NCBI GenBank assembly: GCA_963771275.1
Contig: CAVYSW010000010.1
Coordinates: 736,001 to 800,000, forward strand
Length of the DNA stretch: 64,000 nucleotides
Origin: an uncultured Gemmatimonadales bacterium
Lineage (GTDB): Bacteria; Gemmatimonadota; Gemmatimonadetes; Gemmatimonadales; GWC2-71-9
Direction of reading: 5' to 3'
A program made the position numbers and the translations under genes. Positions 37,239-46,371 of this stretch are shown here, one piece after another (position 1 is the first letter of the stretch; the number at the start of each line of letters is the position of its first letter). Below the pieces are notes generated by a model. That model saw only the letters and a program-made list of their open reading frames with translations, had not been told where the DNA came from and made no database searches.

Positions 37239-39209
37239 TCACGTGACGCTCCGCAGCACGAGATTCACCACGAAGCCGACGCCGAACGCGAACGGCGTGA
37301 TGAACGCCGCGATGGCGATCGCCGTCCGCCAGCCGCGCTCGCGCAGCATCATCATGAACTGCGCGATGCACGGAACGAACAGCGTGAGCGTGACCCCCGC
37401 CACGGCGATCTGCACCGGGTCCAGCAATCCGCGCTGGTTCAAGTCGAACAGCCCCGCCGCGCCGTAGTCCCGCCGGAAGAAGCCTAGCAGGAAGATCTGG
37501 GCGGTCTCCTGCGGCAGGCCGAGCGCGCGCACCACTGGTGCGAGTGCGCGTACGACCGCGTGGAACACCCCGGTGTGATCGGCGGCCCAGAGCAGCACAC
37601 TCGCCAGCAGGAAGATCGGGAGCACCTCCAGGAAATACCACTGCATGCGCGTCACGGTCTTGGTCAGCACGTTGCCCAGGCGCGGTCGCCGGAGCGGCGG
37701 GATCTCCATCTGGAACGCCGGAGCAGCGCCGGGGACGAGACGCGCGCCGAGCGCGCCCACGAGGACGAACGTCCCGCCTACGGCCACGACCCAGGTCGTG
37801 ACCGCGAGCGGGTGCCCCGCCAGCAGGGCGAGGAGCACCCCGAGCTGGGCCGAGCACGGGATCGCCAGCGCCAACAGCAGTGTGGCCAGCACCCGCTCGC
37901 GCTTGGTCTCCAGCGTCCGGGTGACCATCGTCGCCATCGTGTCGCAGGCGAAGCCAAGCACCATGGGGATCACGGCCCGGCCGCTCAGGCCGATGCGCTT
38001 GAATCCGCGATCCAGCAGCAGCGAGAGCCGCGGCAGGTAGCCGGAGTCCTCGAGCAGGGAGAAGAACAGGAAGAACATGCCCACCAGGGGCAGGATGATC
38101 GCCACCGCGTAGCGCAGCCCGAGCGTCAGGAGACCGTACGGCCCCACGTAGAGCGATCGCCATGTCTCCGACGGAATCCCGGCGAACAGACGCTCGAGCA
38201 GCGGGTTCACGCCCCGCTCGAACACCGTGGTTTCGAGCCAGTTCACCACGACCCCGCCGCCGAACCGGCCCACAAACAGGTACAGCCCCACATACAGCAC
38301 GGCGATCACGGCCGGGATCCCCACCACGGGCCGGCTGAGCGCTCGACCCAGGCGCTCGACCGCCGCGGACCTCACGTCGGGCGCGAGCTCCACCACCCCG
38401 CGCAGCAGCTCCTCCGCCACGCGCTGGCGCTCCACCGCCACGCGATAGGCGGCCGGCGCCCCGAACCCCTCGGCCAACCGCGCGGCCACCGCTCGCGCCG
38501 AGCGCCCACCATCCGGCTCGACCGATGCCACGAGGCGCTCAACCTCCGCATCGCCCTGGAGCAACAGCGCCGCCAGCGCCGTCGCGTCCACGTCGTACGA
38601 TCCGGCGAGGGCGGCGCGCAGCGTGTCGATCGCCGCGCCCACGCCATTCGGGTAGCGGGGCACCGCCGGTGCCGGCCCCGCGGTCGCGGCTACCACCGCC
38701 TGCTTCAGCTCCGCAACCCCCCGCCCGTCCACCGCGACCATCGGGACCACCGCTGCGCCGAGCCGCTGCGCCAACAGGCCGTGCGCGATGCGCAGGCCCG
38801 CCCGTTCCGCTTCGTCGGCGAGGTTGAGCGCCAGCACGAGCGGCCGCCCCAGCTCGAGCAGCTGCAGCGTGAGCGGGAGCTGCAGCGTCACGTTCTTCGC
38901 GTCCACCACATGCACCACCACGTCCACCTCGCCGTCGAGCAGCAGCCGGCGGCTCACCCGCTCGTCTTCCGTGGTCGGGAGGAGGGCGTGCAGTCCGGGC
39001 GTGTCCAGGACCTCGACGGCGACCCAGTCGAAATGCGCGTGCCCGCGGGTGACCTCGACGGACGTGCCCGGGTAGTTCGAGACGGTGGCGTAGTGGCCGG
39101 TGAGCCGTTGGAACAGGCTGCTCTTCCCAACGTTGGGGGCACCGACGAGTGCCACGCGGAGGTGGCGCTGCGCGAGGTCCGGCGCCCGGTCGTTGGGAAC
39201 GATTCTCAT
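37239..39209 (-). CDS. feoB: Ferrous iron transporter B
   Basis: GAPNVGKS, SNYPGTSV, DTPG, NLAD; LEDSGYLPR, GFAC, IPCSAQ, FVPCIA. Confidence 0.95.
   Translation of the reverse strand: MRIVPNDRAPDLAQRHLRVALVGAPNVGKSSLFQRLTGHYATVSNYPGTSVEVTRGHAHFDWVAVEVLDTPGLHALLPTTEDERVSRRLLLDGEVDVVVHVVDAKNVTLQLPLTLQLLELGRPLVLALNLADEAERAGLRIAHGLLAQRLGAAVVPMVAVDGRGVAELKQAVVAATAGPAPAVPRYPNGVGAAIDTLRAALAGSYDVDATALAALLLQGDAEVERLVASVEPDGGRSARAVAARLAEGFGAPAAYRVAVERQRVAEELLRGVVELAPDVRSAAVERLGRALSRPVVGIPAVIAVLYVGLYLFVGRFGGGVVVNWLETTVFERGVNPLLERLFAGIPSETWRSLYVGPYGLLTLGLRYAVAIILPLVGMFFLFFSLLEDSGYLPRLSLLLDRGFKRIGLSGRAVIPMVLGFACDTMATMVTRTLETKRERVLATLLLALAIPCSAQLGVLLALLAGHPLAVTTWVVAVGGTFVLVGALGARLVPGAAPAFQMEIPPLRRPRLGNVLTKTVTRMQWYFLEVLPIFLLASVLLWAADHTGVFHAVVRALAPVVRALGLPQETAQIFLLGFFRRDYGAAGLFDLNQRGLLDPVQIAVAGVTLTLFVPCIAQFMMMLRERGWRTAIAIAAFITPFAFGVGFVVNLVLRSVT
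39194..39208. promoter_or_regulatory. Fur-like 7-1-7 box overlapping the feoB start codon
   Basis: TGGGAAC-G-ATTCTCA, 2 mismatches from the palindrome TGAGAAT-N-ATTCTCA; TAGCGT -10-like hexamer 7 nt before the ATG on the minus strand. Confidence 0.5.
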
Positions 39210-39340
39210 CGGGCGAACGCTAGCGCCCCGCGCATGAAGATTCCATGAGGCGAGGCAGAACGAACAAAGGGGAATTCCCTGCTCCCATTTCCGGTGCCCG
39301 CGCCCGCCGCAACTGCAGCCGGGGTGCGCTGTTGCGCGCG

Positions 39341-39369
39341 TTGACAGTCTGCCGGACTTGTGGTATTGT
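39341..39369 (+). promoter_or_regulatory. Sigma-70 promoter upstream of fadL-like gene
   Basis: TTGACA-N17-TATTGT with extended -10 TG. Confidence 0.7.
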
Positions 39370-39423
39370 CGCGCCCCGGGCTATTCGCTGCTCCATCATC
39401 CTTCCTCGTCCAGTGGAGTCCGT

Positions 39424-40800
39424 ATGAGCAGACACGTCGTGCTGGTTGCGGTCGCCGCGGCGACGCTTGGTCTCGCCCGCTCCGCCGCCGCCCAGGGTTT
39501 CCAGGTCAACGAGCATGGCTCCTGCGTCATGGGCCGTGGGGGGGCGGGTGTGGCGGCGCCGTGCGCGGATGGATCGGCCATGTTCTACAATCCCGCCGGC
39601 CTGTTCGCGCGGAAGGGCTGGACGATCTCCGGCGGTGTGACCGGGATCAACGCGAATGGCGGATTCACCACCGACCTCACAGGCACGAAGACCGATCTGA
39701 CCAACGGCTGGACGCCGGTCCCGCACTTCTACGGGGAATGGGCCGGTGACCGGCTCGCGGTGGGGATCGGCGCGTTCGTTCCCTACGGCCTCGGCACCAG
39801 GTGGCCGGACACGTTCCAGGGGAAGTTCGCTGGCTACGACAACAACCTGTTCAATCTGTACGTCCAGCCGACCGTCGCCTTCAAGCTGACCCCCAAAGTG
39901 ATGTTCGGCGCGGGCTTCGACTACGTCATCGGCAAGGTGACGCTCACGCAGCGTGTCGATCTCTCCGAGAACCCGGTACCGGGACTGGGAACGGTGACGT
40001 TCGGACAGCTGGGCGTGCCCTTCGGCACCCAGTTCGCCGACGGGAAGCTCGACGGCAGCGGGAACGGGGTGGGGTTTCACGTCGGGCTGCAGGTCCAGCC
40101 GCTCGAGCGGGTGAGCTTCGGCGTCAAGTACATGAGCCGGGTCAAGATCACGTACAACGGCACGGTCGACTTCTCGCCCGCGGCCACCGGGATCACCCTC
40201 CCCGCCGGCAACCCGTTCGGCGTCCCGGCCGGCACCCCGCTCGACAGCGTGGTGAAGGGGGCGTTCGTCACCGGGCCGCTGATCGACCAGAACGTCACGG
40301 CCAAGGTCACGCTCCCCGATCAGATCACGGCCGGCATCGCGGTCACGGTCCGCCCGGGCCTGATGCTGTTGAGCGACTTCAATTGGGTCCACTGGAAGCT
40401 GTTCAACGAGCTGCCGGTCACGTTCGACACGGCGGCGCTCAATTCCGCAGCGATCGAGAACTACAAGGATACGTGGGGCGTCCGGTTCGGCTTCGACTGG
40501 GCGGCCAACAGCAAGGTCGCCCTGCGCGGCGGCTACATCTTCCACACCGCCGCGGCCCCGGACGAGACCGTGACCCCGTTGCTGCCCGAGGGCAAGCGCG
40601 ACGAGTTCACGGTCGGCCTGGGCTACGCATTCAGCGAGAAGATGCGGGTGGATCTGGCCTACCAGTACCTCATGCAGCAGAAGCGGCGCGGGCGGACGCG
40701 CGAGTTCCCGGCGGGCGTGACCCCGGACCTGTCGCTCAACAACGGTCTCTATGAGTTCATGGCCCATCTGGTGGGCGTCACCTTCACGGTGGGGTTCTGA
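39424..40800 (+). CDS. OmpP1/FadL/TodX-family outer-membrane transporter
   Basis: Signal peptide, GFQVNE...MGRGGAG hatch, FYNPAGL, PYGL, LPDQ, C-terminal Phe; GGAG RBS. Confidence 0.9.
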   Translation: MSRHVVLVAVAAATLGLARSAAAQGFQVNEHGSCVMGRGGAGVAAPCADGSAMFYNPAGLFARKGWTISGGVTGINANGGFTTDLTGTKTDLTNGWTPVPHFYGEWAGDRLAVGIGAFVPYGLGTRWPDTFQGKFAGYDNNLFNLYVQPTVAFKLTPKVMFGAGFDYVIGKVTLTQRVDLSENPVPGLGTVTFGQLGVPFGTQFADGKLDGSGNGVGFHVGLQVQPLERVSFGVKYMSRVKITYNGTVDFSPAATGITLPAGNPFGVPAGTPLDSVVKGAFVTGPLIDQNVTAKVTLPDQITAGIAVTVRPGLMLLSDFNWVHWKLFNELPVTFDTAALNSAAIENYKDTWGVRFGFDWAANSKVALRGGYIFHTAAAPDETVTPLLPEGKRDEFTVGLGYAFSEKMRVDLAYQYLMQQKRRGRTREFPAGVTPDLSLNNGLYEFMAHLVGVTFTVGF

Positions 40801-40802
40801 CC

Positions 40803-42083
40803 ATGACGCGCAAGCACCTCTTCGCCCCACTCGCGCTGGCCGCCGTGCTCGGGGCGTGCCTCGACAACCAGACGATTCAGCCGCCGACGGCAGTAGATCC
40901 GCTGTTCGCGCGCTACGTGTCGCTCGGCAACAGCATCACGGCGGGCTTCCAGTCGGGCGGCATCAACGACAGCACCCAGCAACAGTCATACGCCGTGCTG
41001 CTCGCGGAGCAGATGGGCACCACGTTCAACGTGCCGCTGCTCAACAAGCCAGGCTGCCCACCGCCGTACACGAACGTCTTCACGCAGGAAATCCTGGGAC
41101 CGGCGGTTCCGGGTGGGTGCGCGCTGCGCAGCCCGAACGTCCCCACGTACCTGAACAACCTCGCCGTCCCCGGCGCGGCGGTTGTGGACGTCTTCGACCC
41201 GCTCGGCGCCGGCAACAGCTCCAACGCCCTCACCACGTTCATTGGCGGCGGGCAATCCCAGGTCGATAACGCCCGGCGCGTCATGCCGACGTTCGTCACC
41301 GTCTGGATCGGCAACAACGACGCGCTCGGCGCGGTGCTGGATGCAAGCGACCCAGGCAATGCAGCCGACGTCACGTCACCCGCGACGTTCGCGGAGCGCT
41401 ACGCCGCCATGCTGGATAGCCTCGACGCGCTCGGCACCATCGAAGGGGGCGTGCTCATCGGCGCGGTGCAGGTCGGGCTGGCGCCGTACCTCACGCAGGG
41501 CCGCGTCTGGAAGGGATTCGAGGCGCAGTTCGACGCCCTCACCACGCCGCTCAACGCGTTTGACGTGGACAACAACTGCCTTGGTTTCCAGGCGCTCACA
41601 GCCACGGACACGGCCTGGGTGTCGGTGCCGTTCCCGGTGGGCGGGCCCATGCTCGCCGAGGCGCAGGCCAAGATGGACTCGGTACAGGCTGGCACCCTGG
41701 CACCGCAGAACCTGGTGCCCGTGGTGCTCGACTGCTCCGTGGACGCGGACGTGGTCACGGTGGACGAGATGGTGAACCTGTTCTCCTCGGTGGCCGCCTA
41801 CAACGGGATCATCGAACAGGCGGCGACGGACCACGACTGGGTCTACGTCGATCCCAACGCGCTGCTCGCGCAACTGGTTCAGGACCCCAGCGCAATTCGC
41901 TCGTTCCCGGCGTTCCCCGGCCTGCCCGGTGTCACGCCGGAGCAGTCCCAGCACGAGCCGTTCGGCTGGGCGCTGAGCCTCGACGGGATTCACCCGAGCA
42001 GCGCGACCCACGTGCTCGTCGCCAACGCCCTGATCGCGGCGATCAACGCGAAGTACAGCACCAGCGTCCCGGCGATCCAGTAG
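40803..42083 (+). CDS. SGNH/GDSL-family lipolytic lipoprotein
   Basis: LGA-C lipobox; VSLGNSITAG, NLAVPG, WIGNNDAL, DGIHP blocks. Confidence 0.85.
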   Translation: MTRKHLFAPLALAAVLGACLDNQTIQPPTAVDPLFARYVSLGNSITAGFQSGGINDSTQQQSYAVLLAEQMGTTFNVPLLNKPGCPPPYTNVFTQEILGPAVPGGCALRSPNVPTYLNNLAVPGAAVVDVFDPLGAGNSSNALTTFIGGGQSQVDNARRVMPTFVTVWIGNNDALGAVLDASDPGNAADVTSPATFAERYAAMLDSLDALGTIEGGVLIGAVQVGLAPYLTQGRVWKGFEAQFDALTTPLNAFDVDNNCLGFQALTATDTAWVSVPFPVGGPMLAEAQAKMDSVQAGTLAPQNLVPVVLDCSVDADVVTVDEMVNLFSSVAAYNGIIEQAATDHDWVYVDPNALLAQLVQDPSAIRSFPAFPGLPGVTPEQSQHEPFGWALSLDGIHPSSATHVLVANALIAAINAKYSTSVPAIQ

Positions 42084-42104
42084 CGGGTGCTGGCAGGGGG
42101 TGAT

Positions 42105-42134
42105 GGGGGCGGTCGGGGAAACCCGGCCGCCCCC
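42105..42134 (+). terminator. Hairpin with GAAA tetraloop after fadL-lipase pair
   Basis: GGGGGCGGTCGGG-GAAA-CCCGGCCGCCCCC; no U-tract. Confidence 0.55.
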
Positions 42135-42187
42135 GCTGCGTTCCCGGCCCTCCGCGCGAGCGGATTGCGGTTAGATTTGCCGAACTC

Positions 42188-43810
42188 ATGCGTACACGAA
42201 CCGCGCGCGTCCTCCTCGCGCTGACCGCCGGCACCGGAGTGCCAGCTCTGCCGGCGGCCGCCCAGCTCCCCGACCCGTACGTCGTGCCGCGGGGGGCGCT
42301 GCGCGTGAGCTTCGAGCCGTGGTACTCGAGCTTCGACCAGCTGTTCGATGCGACGGGGACCCGCATCCCGCTCGGCGCGTACCTGAGCGCCGACACCCTC
42401 GGCGCGCGCTACTTCACCACGCTCGGGCCCGCGGAGCTGGCGGTCCGCTCGATCACCAGCGACCCAACCTTCCGGTTCGACGCCGGCGCGTTCCGCGCCC
42501 GGCTCGACGGCGACATCCGACGGTTCCCGTTCAACTTCGCCCTCGGGCTGTCCAATCGGCTCACGCTCACCGCCAGCGTGCCGCTCGTCACGACCCGCGT
42601 CAACTCGTTCGCGACGCTCGATACCACGAACGCCAATGCGGGGTGGAACCAGGTCACCGACCTCGGCGCCGCCGGAGCGCGGGACTCCGTCATTCAGCTG
42701 CTCGCCGACCTGACCACCGCCGCCGCGACCCTCGAGGCCGGCATCGCCGCCGGGCAGTTCGGGTGTCCCACGGATCCCACCTGCGACCAAGCTCGCGCGC
42801 TGGCCCAGGCGCTTCCCGTTCTCGCGGCGGATCTTGCCGCCCTGGTCGGCATGCCGGGCCTCGTGTCGGGCGACGGCACCACCCCCGCGCCGCCGTTTGC
42901 CCCGCTGGCGGGATCGCCCGCCGGGCAGGCCATCCAGCAAGCAATCGCCGGCGTGAGCGCCGAGCTGGTGGCGCTCGGCCTACCGCCGCTCTCGGGCAGC
43001 CTGCCGCTCCCGACGGGACGCGTGGGGGGGAACGGCGTCGACGCCGTGCTGGGCGGCGCCGCGTTCGGCTACGATGCGGCGCCGGTGAGCCCGGGCGCGA
43101 CCACCAAGCTCTCGGGGCTCGGCGACATCGAGGTGGGCGTGCGCTACGGGATCGTCCAGCGCAAGGCGCTGCGCGCCGTGCTCGGAGCGGGCGCGCGCCT
43201 GCCGACGGGCAAACGCGACAGTCCGGGGAGCCTCGTGGACCTCGGGACCGGCGATCGGCAGCTCGACCTGATCTGGACCCTCGACGCCGCGTTCGAGCCG
43301 GGCGACCATCTCGGGCTGTGGCTCGCCGCCTCGTGGACGATGCAGTTCCCTGATCAGCTCGCGCGCCGCGTCACGCGGCTCGATCAGCCCGTGGCCCTCG
43401 CCGCGACCGAGACCGTCGTCAATCGCAACCTGGGCGACGTGATGCGGGTGAGCGCCCACCCCGCGGTCCGCCTGACGCCGCAGCTGCGCGTGTTCGTTTC
43501 GGCGTCATATTACCGCAAGGGACGCGATTCCTACTCGGTCGGCGGCAACGCGCTGCCCGAGCTCGAAGCCCTGACGGCGATGGAGACGTGGGGGTTCGGG
43601 GCGGGCATCTGGTTTCGCGGCGACCGCGGCAGGCGCGCGGCGGCCCTGCCGCTCGACGCGCATCTGGCCTACAACGTCGCCTACTTCGGGAACGGCGGCG
43701 CGACCCCCAAGGCGAGCACGCTCACCTTCGGGCTTCGCCTGTACTACAACCTCTGGGGCAGCTCGGCCGCACCCACCGCGCCACCGTCCGAACCGCCCGC
43801 TGGGAGCTGA
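42188..43810 (+). CDS. Hypothetical secreted protein, probable outer-membrane beta-barrel with helical insertion
   Basis: Signal peptide; SGLGDIEVG, RLPTG, LGTGD motifs reminiscent of small-molecule channel barrels; amphipathic strands. Confidence 0.6.
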   Translation: MRTRTARVLLALTAGTGVPALPAAAQLPDPYVVPRGALRVSFEPWYSSFDQLFDATGTRIPLGAYLSADTLGARYFTTLGPAELAVRSITSDPTFRFDAGAFRARLDGDIRRFPFNFALGLSNRLTLTASVPLVTTRVNSFATLDTTNANAGWNQVTDLGAAGARDSVIQLLADLTTAAATLEAGIAAGQFGCPTDPTCDQARALAQALPVLAADLAALVGMPGLVSGDGTTPAPPFAPLAGSPAGQAIQQAIAGVSAELVALGLPPLSGSLPLPTGRVGGNGVDAVLGGAAFGYDAAPVSPGATTKLSGLGDIEVGVRYGIVQRKALRAVLGAGARLPTGKRDSPGSLVDLGTGDRQLDLIWTLDAAFEPGDHLGLWLAASWTMQFPDQLARRVTRLDQPVALAATETVVNRNLGDVMRVSAHPAVRLTPQLRVFVSASYYRKGRDSYSVGGNALPELEALTAMETWGFGAGIWFRGDRGRRAAALPLDAHLAYNVAYFGNGGATPKASTLTFGLRLYYNLWGSSAAPTAPPSEPPAGS

Positions 43811-43813
43811 CCC

Positions 43814-45493
43814 TCACCCGGGGCGCGCGGCCCGGCCGCGCCGCAACAGGTCGGCGGCGTGCGCCCGCAGAGCGCGGTCCGCGGCATCGCCGAGCATGCG
43901 TGCCACCTCCAGCTCACGGGCCTCACCCCGCAGCACTTCGACGCCTGCCGTGGACATCCCGGCGACCGTGCGCTTCACGACCTTGAGATGATGGTCGGCC
44001 CGCGCCGCGATCTGGGGGAGGTGCGTCACCACCAGCACCTGGCGGGTGGCGGCGACGCGGGCGAGCGCGTCGGCAACCTGCTGGCCGACCTCACCGCCGA
44101 TTCCCTGATCCACCTCGTCGAATACGAGGGTCGGGACCGCGTCGTGCGCGGCGAGCACGACCTTGAAGGCGAGGGTTATGCGTGACAGCTCGCCGCCGCT
44201 CGCCACCTGGGCGAGCGGGCGCGCGTCCATCCCGACGTTCAGCTCCACCAGGTATGCCACGACGTCCGCCCCCTGCGACGTCGTCGGGCCGGGCGCGACG
44301 TCCACGCGGACCCTGCCGCCCGGCAGGCCGAGCCCCGGCAGCAGTCGGGTGACCGCCTTCCCCAGGCGCGCTGCCGCCTTGCCCCGCTTGGCGGTGAGCG
44401 CCTCCGCGGCGGCGGCCAGGCGGCGGTCCGCGGCCAAGCGCCGCTCCCGCAGACCGGCCAGATCGAGCGTCCGGGTGTCGAGCAGCTCCAGCTCCCGCCG
44501 GGCTTCGTCGCCGGTGCGGAGCACGTCCTCGATCGTCGGGCCGTACTTCTGCATGAGCCGGAACAGCAGGTCGCGACGCCGCTCGACCTGCTCCAGGCGC
44601 GCGGGATCAAGATCCAGCTCCGAGGCATAGTCGCGCACCGCCCGCCCGAGCTCGTCCGCCTGGGCGAGCGCTCCATCAAGCAGCTCGCGCCACCGGCCGA
44701 CGGACGGATCGAGGCGCTCGAGCTGGGTCAGCGCGCGGTCGGCGCCGCCGAGGCGCGTGATCGCTCCCTGGTCCTCGTCGTCCAGCAGATCGGCGAGCTG
44801 GCCCGAGAGGCGGATCAGCTCCTCGCCCGCCGCGAGGCGCTTGGCGTCGGTAGCGAGTGTCTCGTCCTCGCCGGGCCTGGGGGCCGCGGCCGCGATCTCC
44901 TGGCTCACGTGGCGCAGGTAGTCGGCCCGGCGCTCGATCTCCCCGTGCCGGGCGACCAGTGCCGCCTCCGCTTCCCGCGCCGTCTGCGCGTCCGCAAACG
45001 CCGCCGCGACGGCATCGCGCTCGCCCTCGGCTTCGGCGAAGGCGTCGAGCAGGGTCCGCTGCTCGGCGGGCCGCAGCAGGGACTGCGCTTCATGCTGTCC
45101 ATGGAGGTCCACCAGCACGCTGCCGAGCTCGGCCAGGGTGGCAACGGTCGTTGGAGCGCCATTGGCCCACGCGCGGTTGGGCCCGTCCGAGCGCAGCTCG
45201 CGGCGCACGACGAGCCGCCCGTGCTCCAGCTCGATACCGGCCGGCCCCGCACGCGCCGCGAGCGCCGCTCCGGCGCGCCCGGTGGGCTCGAACGCCGCTT
45301 CCACCGCGGCCCGGTCGGCACCGGGCCGCACCCGATCGCCGGTCGCGCGTTCGCCGAGCAGCAGGGCCAGCGCGTCGACCAGCATGGACTTCCCGGCACC
45401 GGTCTCGCCGGTCAGCACGTTGAGGCCAGGTGCGAGATGCAGGGAGGCATCCGCGATCACCGCCAGATCGCGGACGCGGAGCTCGGTCAGCAC
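43814..45493 (-). CDS. recN: DNA repair protein RecN
   Basis: LTGETGAGKS, HGQHE, ASGGELSR, VFDEVD, VTHLPQIA. Confidence 0.95.
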   Translation of the reverse strand: MLTELRVRDLAVIADASLHLAPGLNVLTGETGAGKSMLVDALALLLGERATGDRVRPGADRAAVEAAFEPTGRAGAALAARAGPAGIELEHGRLVVRRELRSDGPNRAWANGAPTTVATLAELGSVLVDLHGQHEAQSLLRPAEQRTLLDAFAEAEGERDAVAAAFADAQTAREAEAALVARHGEIERRADYLRHVSQEIAAAAPRPGEDETLATDAKRLAAGEELIRLSGQLADLLDDEDQGAITRLGGADRALTQLERLDPSVGRWRELLDGALAQADELGRAVRDYASELDLDPARLEQVERRRDLLFRLMQKYGPTIEDVLRTGDEARRELELLDTRTLDLAGLRERRLAADRRLAAAAEALTAKRGKAAARLGKAVTRLLPGLGLPGGRVRVDVAPGPTTSQGADVVAYLVELNVGMDARPLAQVASGGELSRITLAFKVVLAAHDAVPTLVFDEVDQGIGGEVGQQVADALARVAATRQVLVVTHLPQIAARADHHLKVVKRTVAGMSTAGVEVLRGEARELEVARMLGDAADRALRAHAADLLRRGRAARPG

Positions 45494-45495
45494 GC

Positions 45496-46371
45496 TCAGG
45501 CCCGTTCGCGGTCGGTCAGGTCACCCCATTGCAGCATCCGGCGCATGCGGGCAAAGAAGCCGCCCGATCCGAGCCGGACGAGCCGGGCATCGTAGCTGCC
45601 GCGCGTCACGGTCAGCCGGGCCCCCTCGCCGAGCGATTCGCCCACCTGGCCGTCGTACGAGACGATCACGTCCTCCTCGCCGATCGGCGGCAGCACCTCG
45701 ACCGTGATGCGCGCGCTCGCCGGCACGACGATCGGTCGCACTGCGAGCGTATGGGGACAGATCGGCGTCACGACGAAGGCGTCGACGGCCGGCACCACGA
45801 CCGGACCACCGGCGCTCAGCGAGTAGGCCGTCGACCCGGTGGGCGTCGCCACGATCAGGCCGTCGGACGCGAACGCGCCGATCTCCTCGTCGTTGAGCAG
45901 CAGGCGGAGCCGGATCACCCGGGAGACCCCGGCCTTGTGCACCACCACGTCGTTCAGGGCCGTGGCCTGGCGATGGACCTGCCCGCGGGCATCGACCGTC
46001 GCGGCCGCGAGGGTGCTGTGCGTCTCGACGTGGTAGTCGCCGCGCACGGCCGCCGCGAGCGCGGCGTCCAGCGTGCCGGGCACGGCAGTCGTGAGGAATC
46101 CGACCATGCCGATCTTCACGCCGAGGATCGGAATCCCGTGCGGGCTCACGAGGCGCGCCGTGCGGAGCAGCGTCCCGTCGCCCCCGAAGCACACCACCAG
46201 GTCGGGCCGGCGTCCGGTCAGATCCAGCGCGGGCACGGGCGTGCTCCACACCTCCGCCAGATCGGGCTCGGATTGGAGCGCGAAGCCGTCCCGGGCCGCG
46301 GCGCGGGCGACCTGCTCGAGCAGGGCCCGCAGGCCGTCGTAGCGGGGGTTCCCGGTGACGCCGAGGATCAT
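45496..46371 (-). CDS. nadK: NAD kinase
   Basis: GGDGTLL, ALND, DGLIVATPTGSTAYSLSAGGP; ATG 46371 overlaps dxs stop. Confidence 0.93.
   Translation of the reverse strand: MILGVTGNPRYDGLRALLEQVARAAARDGFALQSEPDLAEVWSTPVPALDLTGRRPDLVVCFGGDGTLLRTARLVSPHGIPILGVKIGMVGFLTTAVPGTLDAALAAAVRGDYHVETHSTLAAATVDARGQVHRQATALNDVVVHKAGVSRVIRLRLLLNDEEIGAFASDGLIVATPTGSTAYSLSAGGPVVVPAVDAFVVTPICPHTLAVRPIVVPASARITVEVLPPIGEEDVIVSYDGQVGESLGEGARLTVTRGSYDARLVRLGSGGFFARMRRMLQWGDLTDRERA

Noticed and set aside
37219..38163. 379-aa ORF 37024..38163 as a full protein
   Set aside because: Overlaps feoB out of frame; only the last 64 codons look coding
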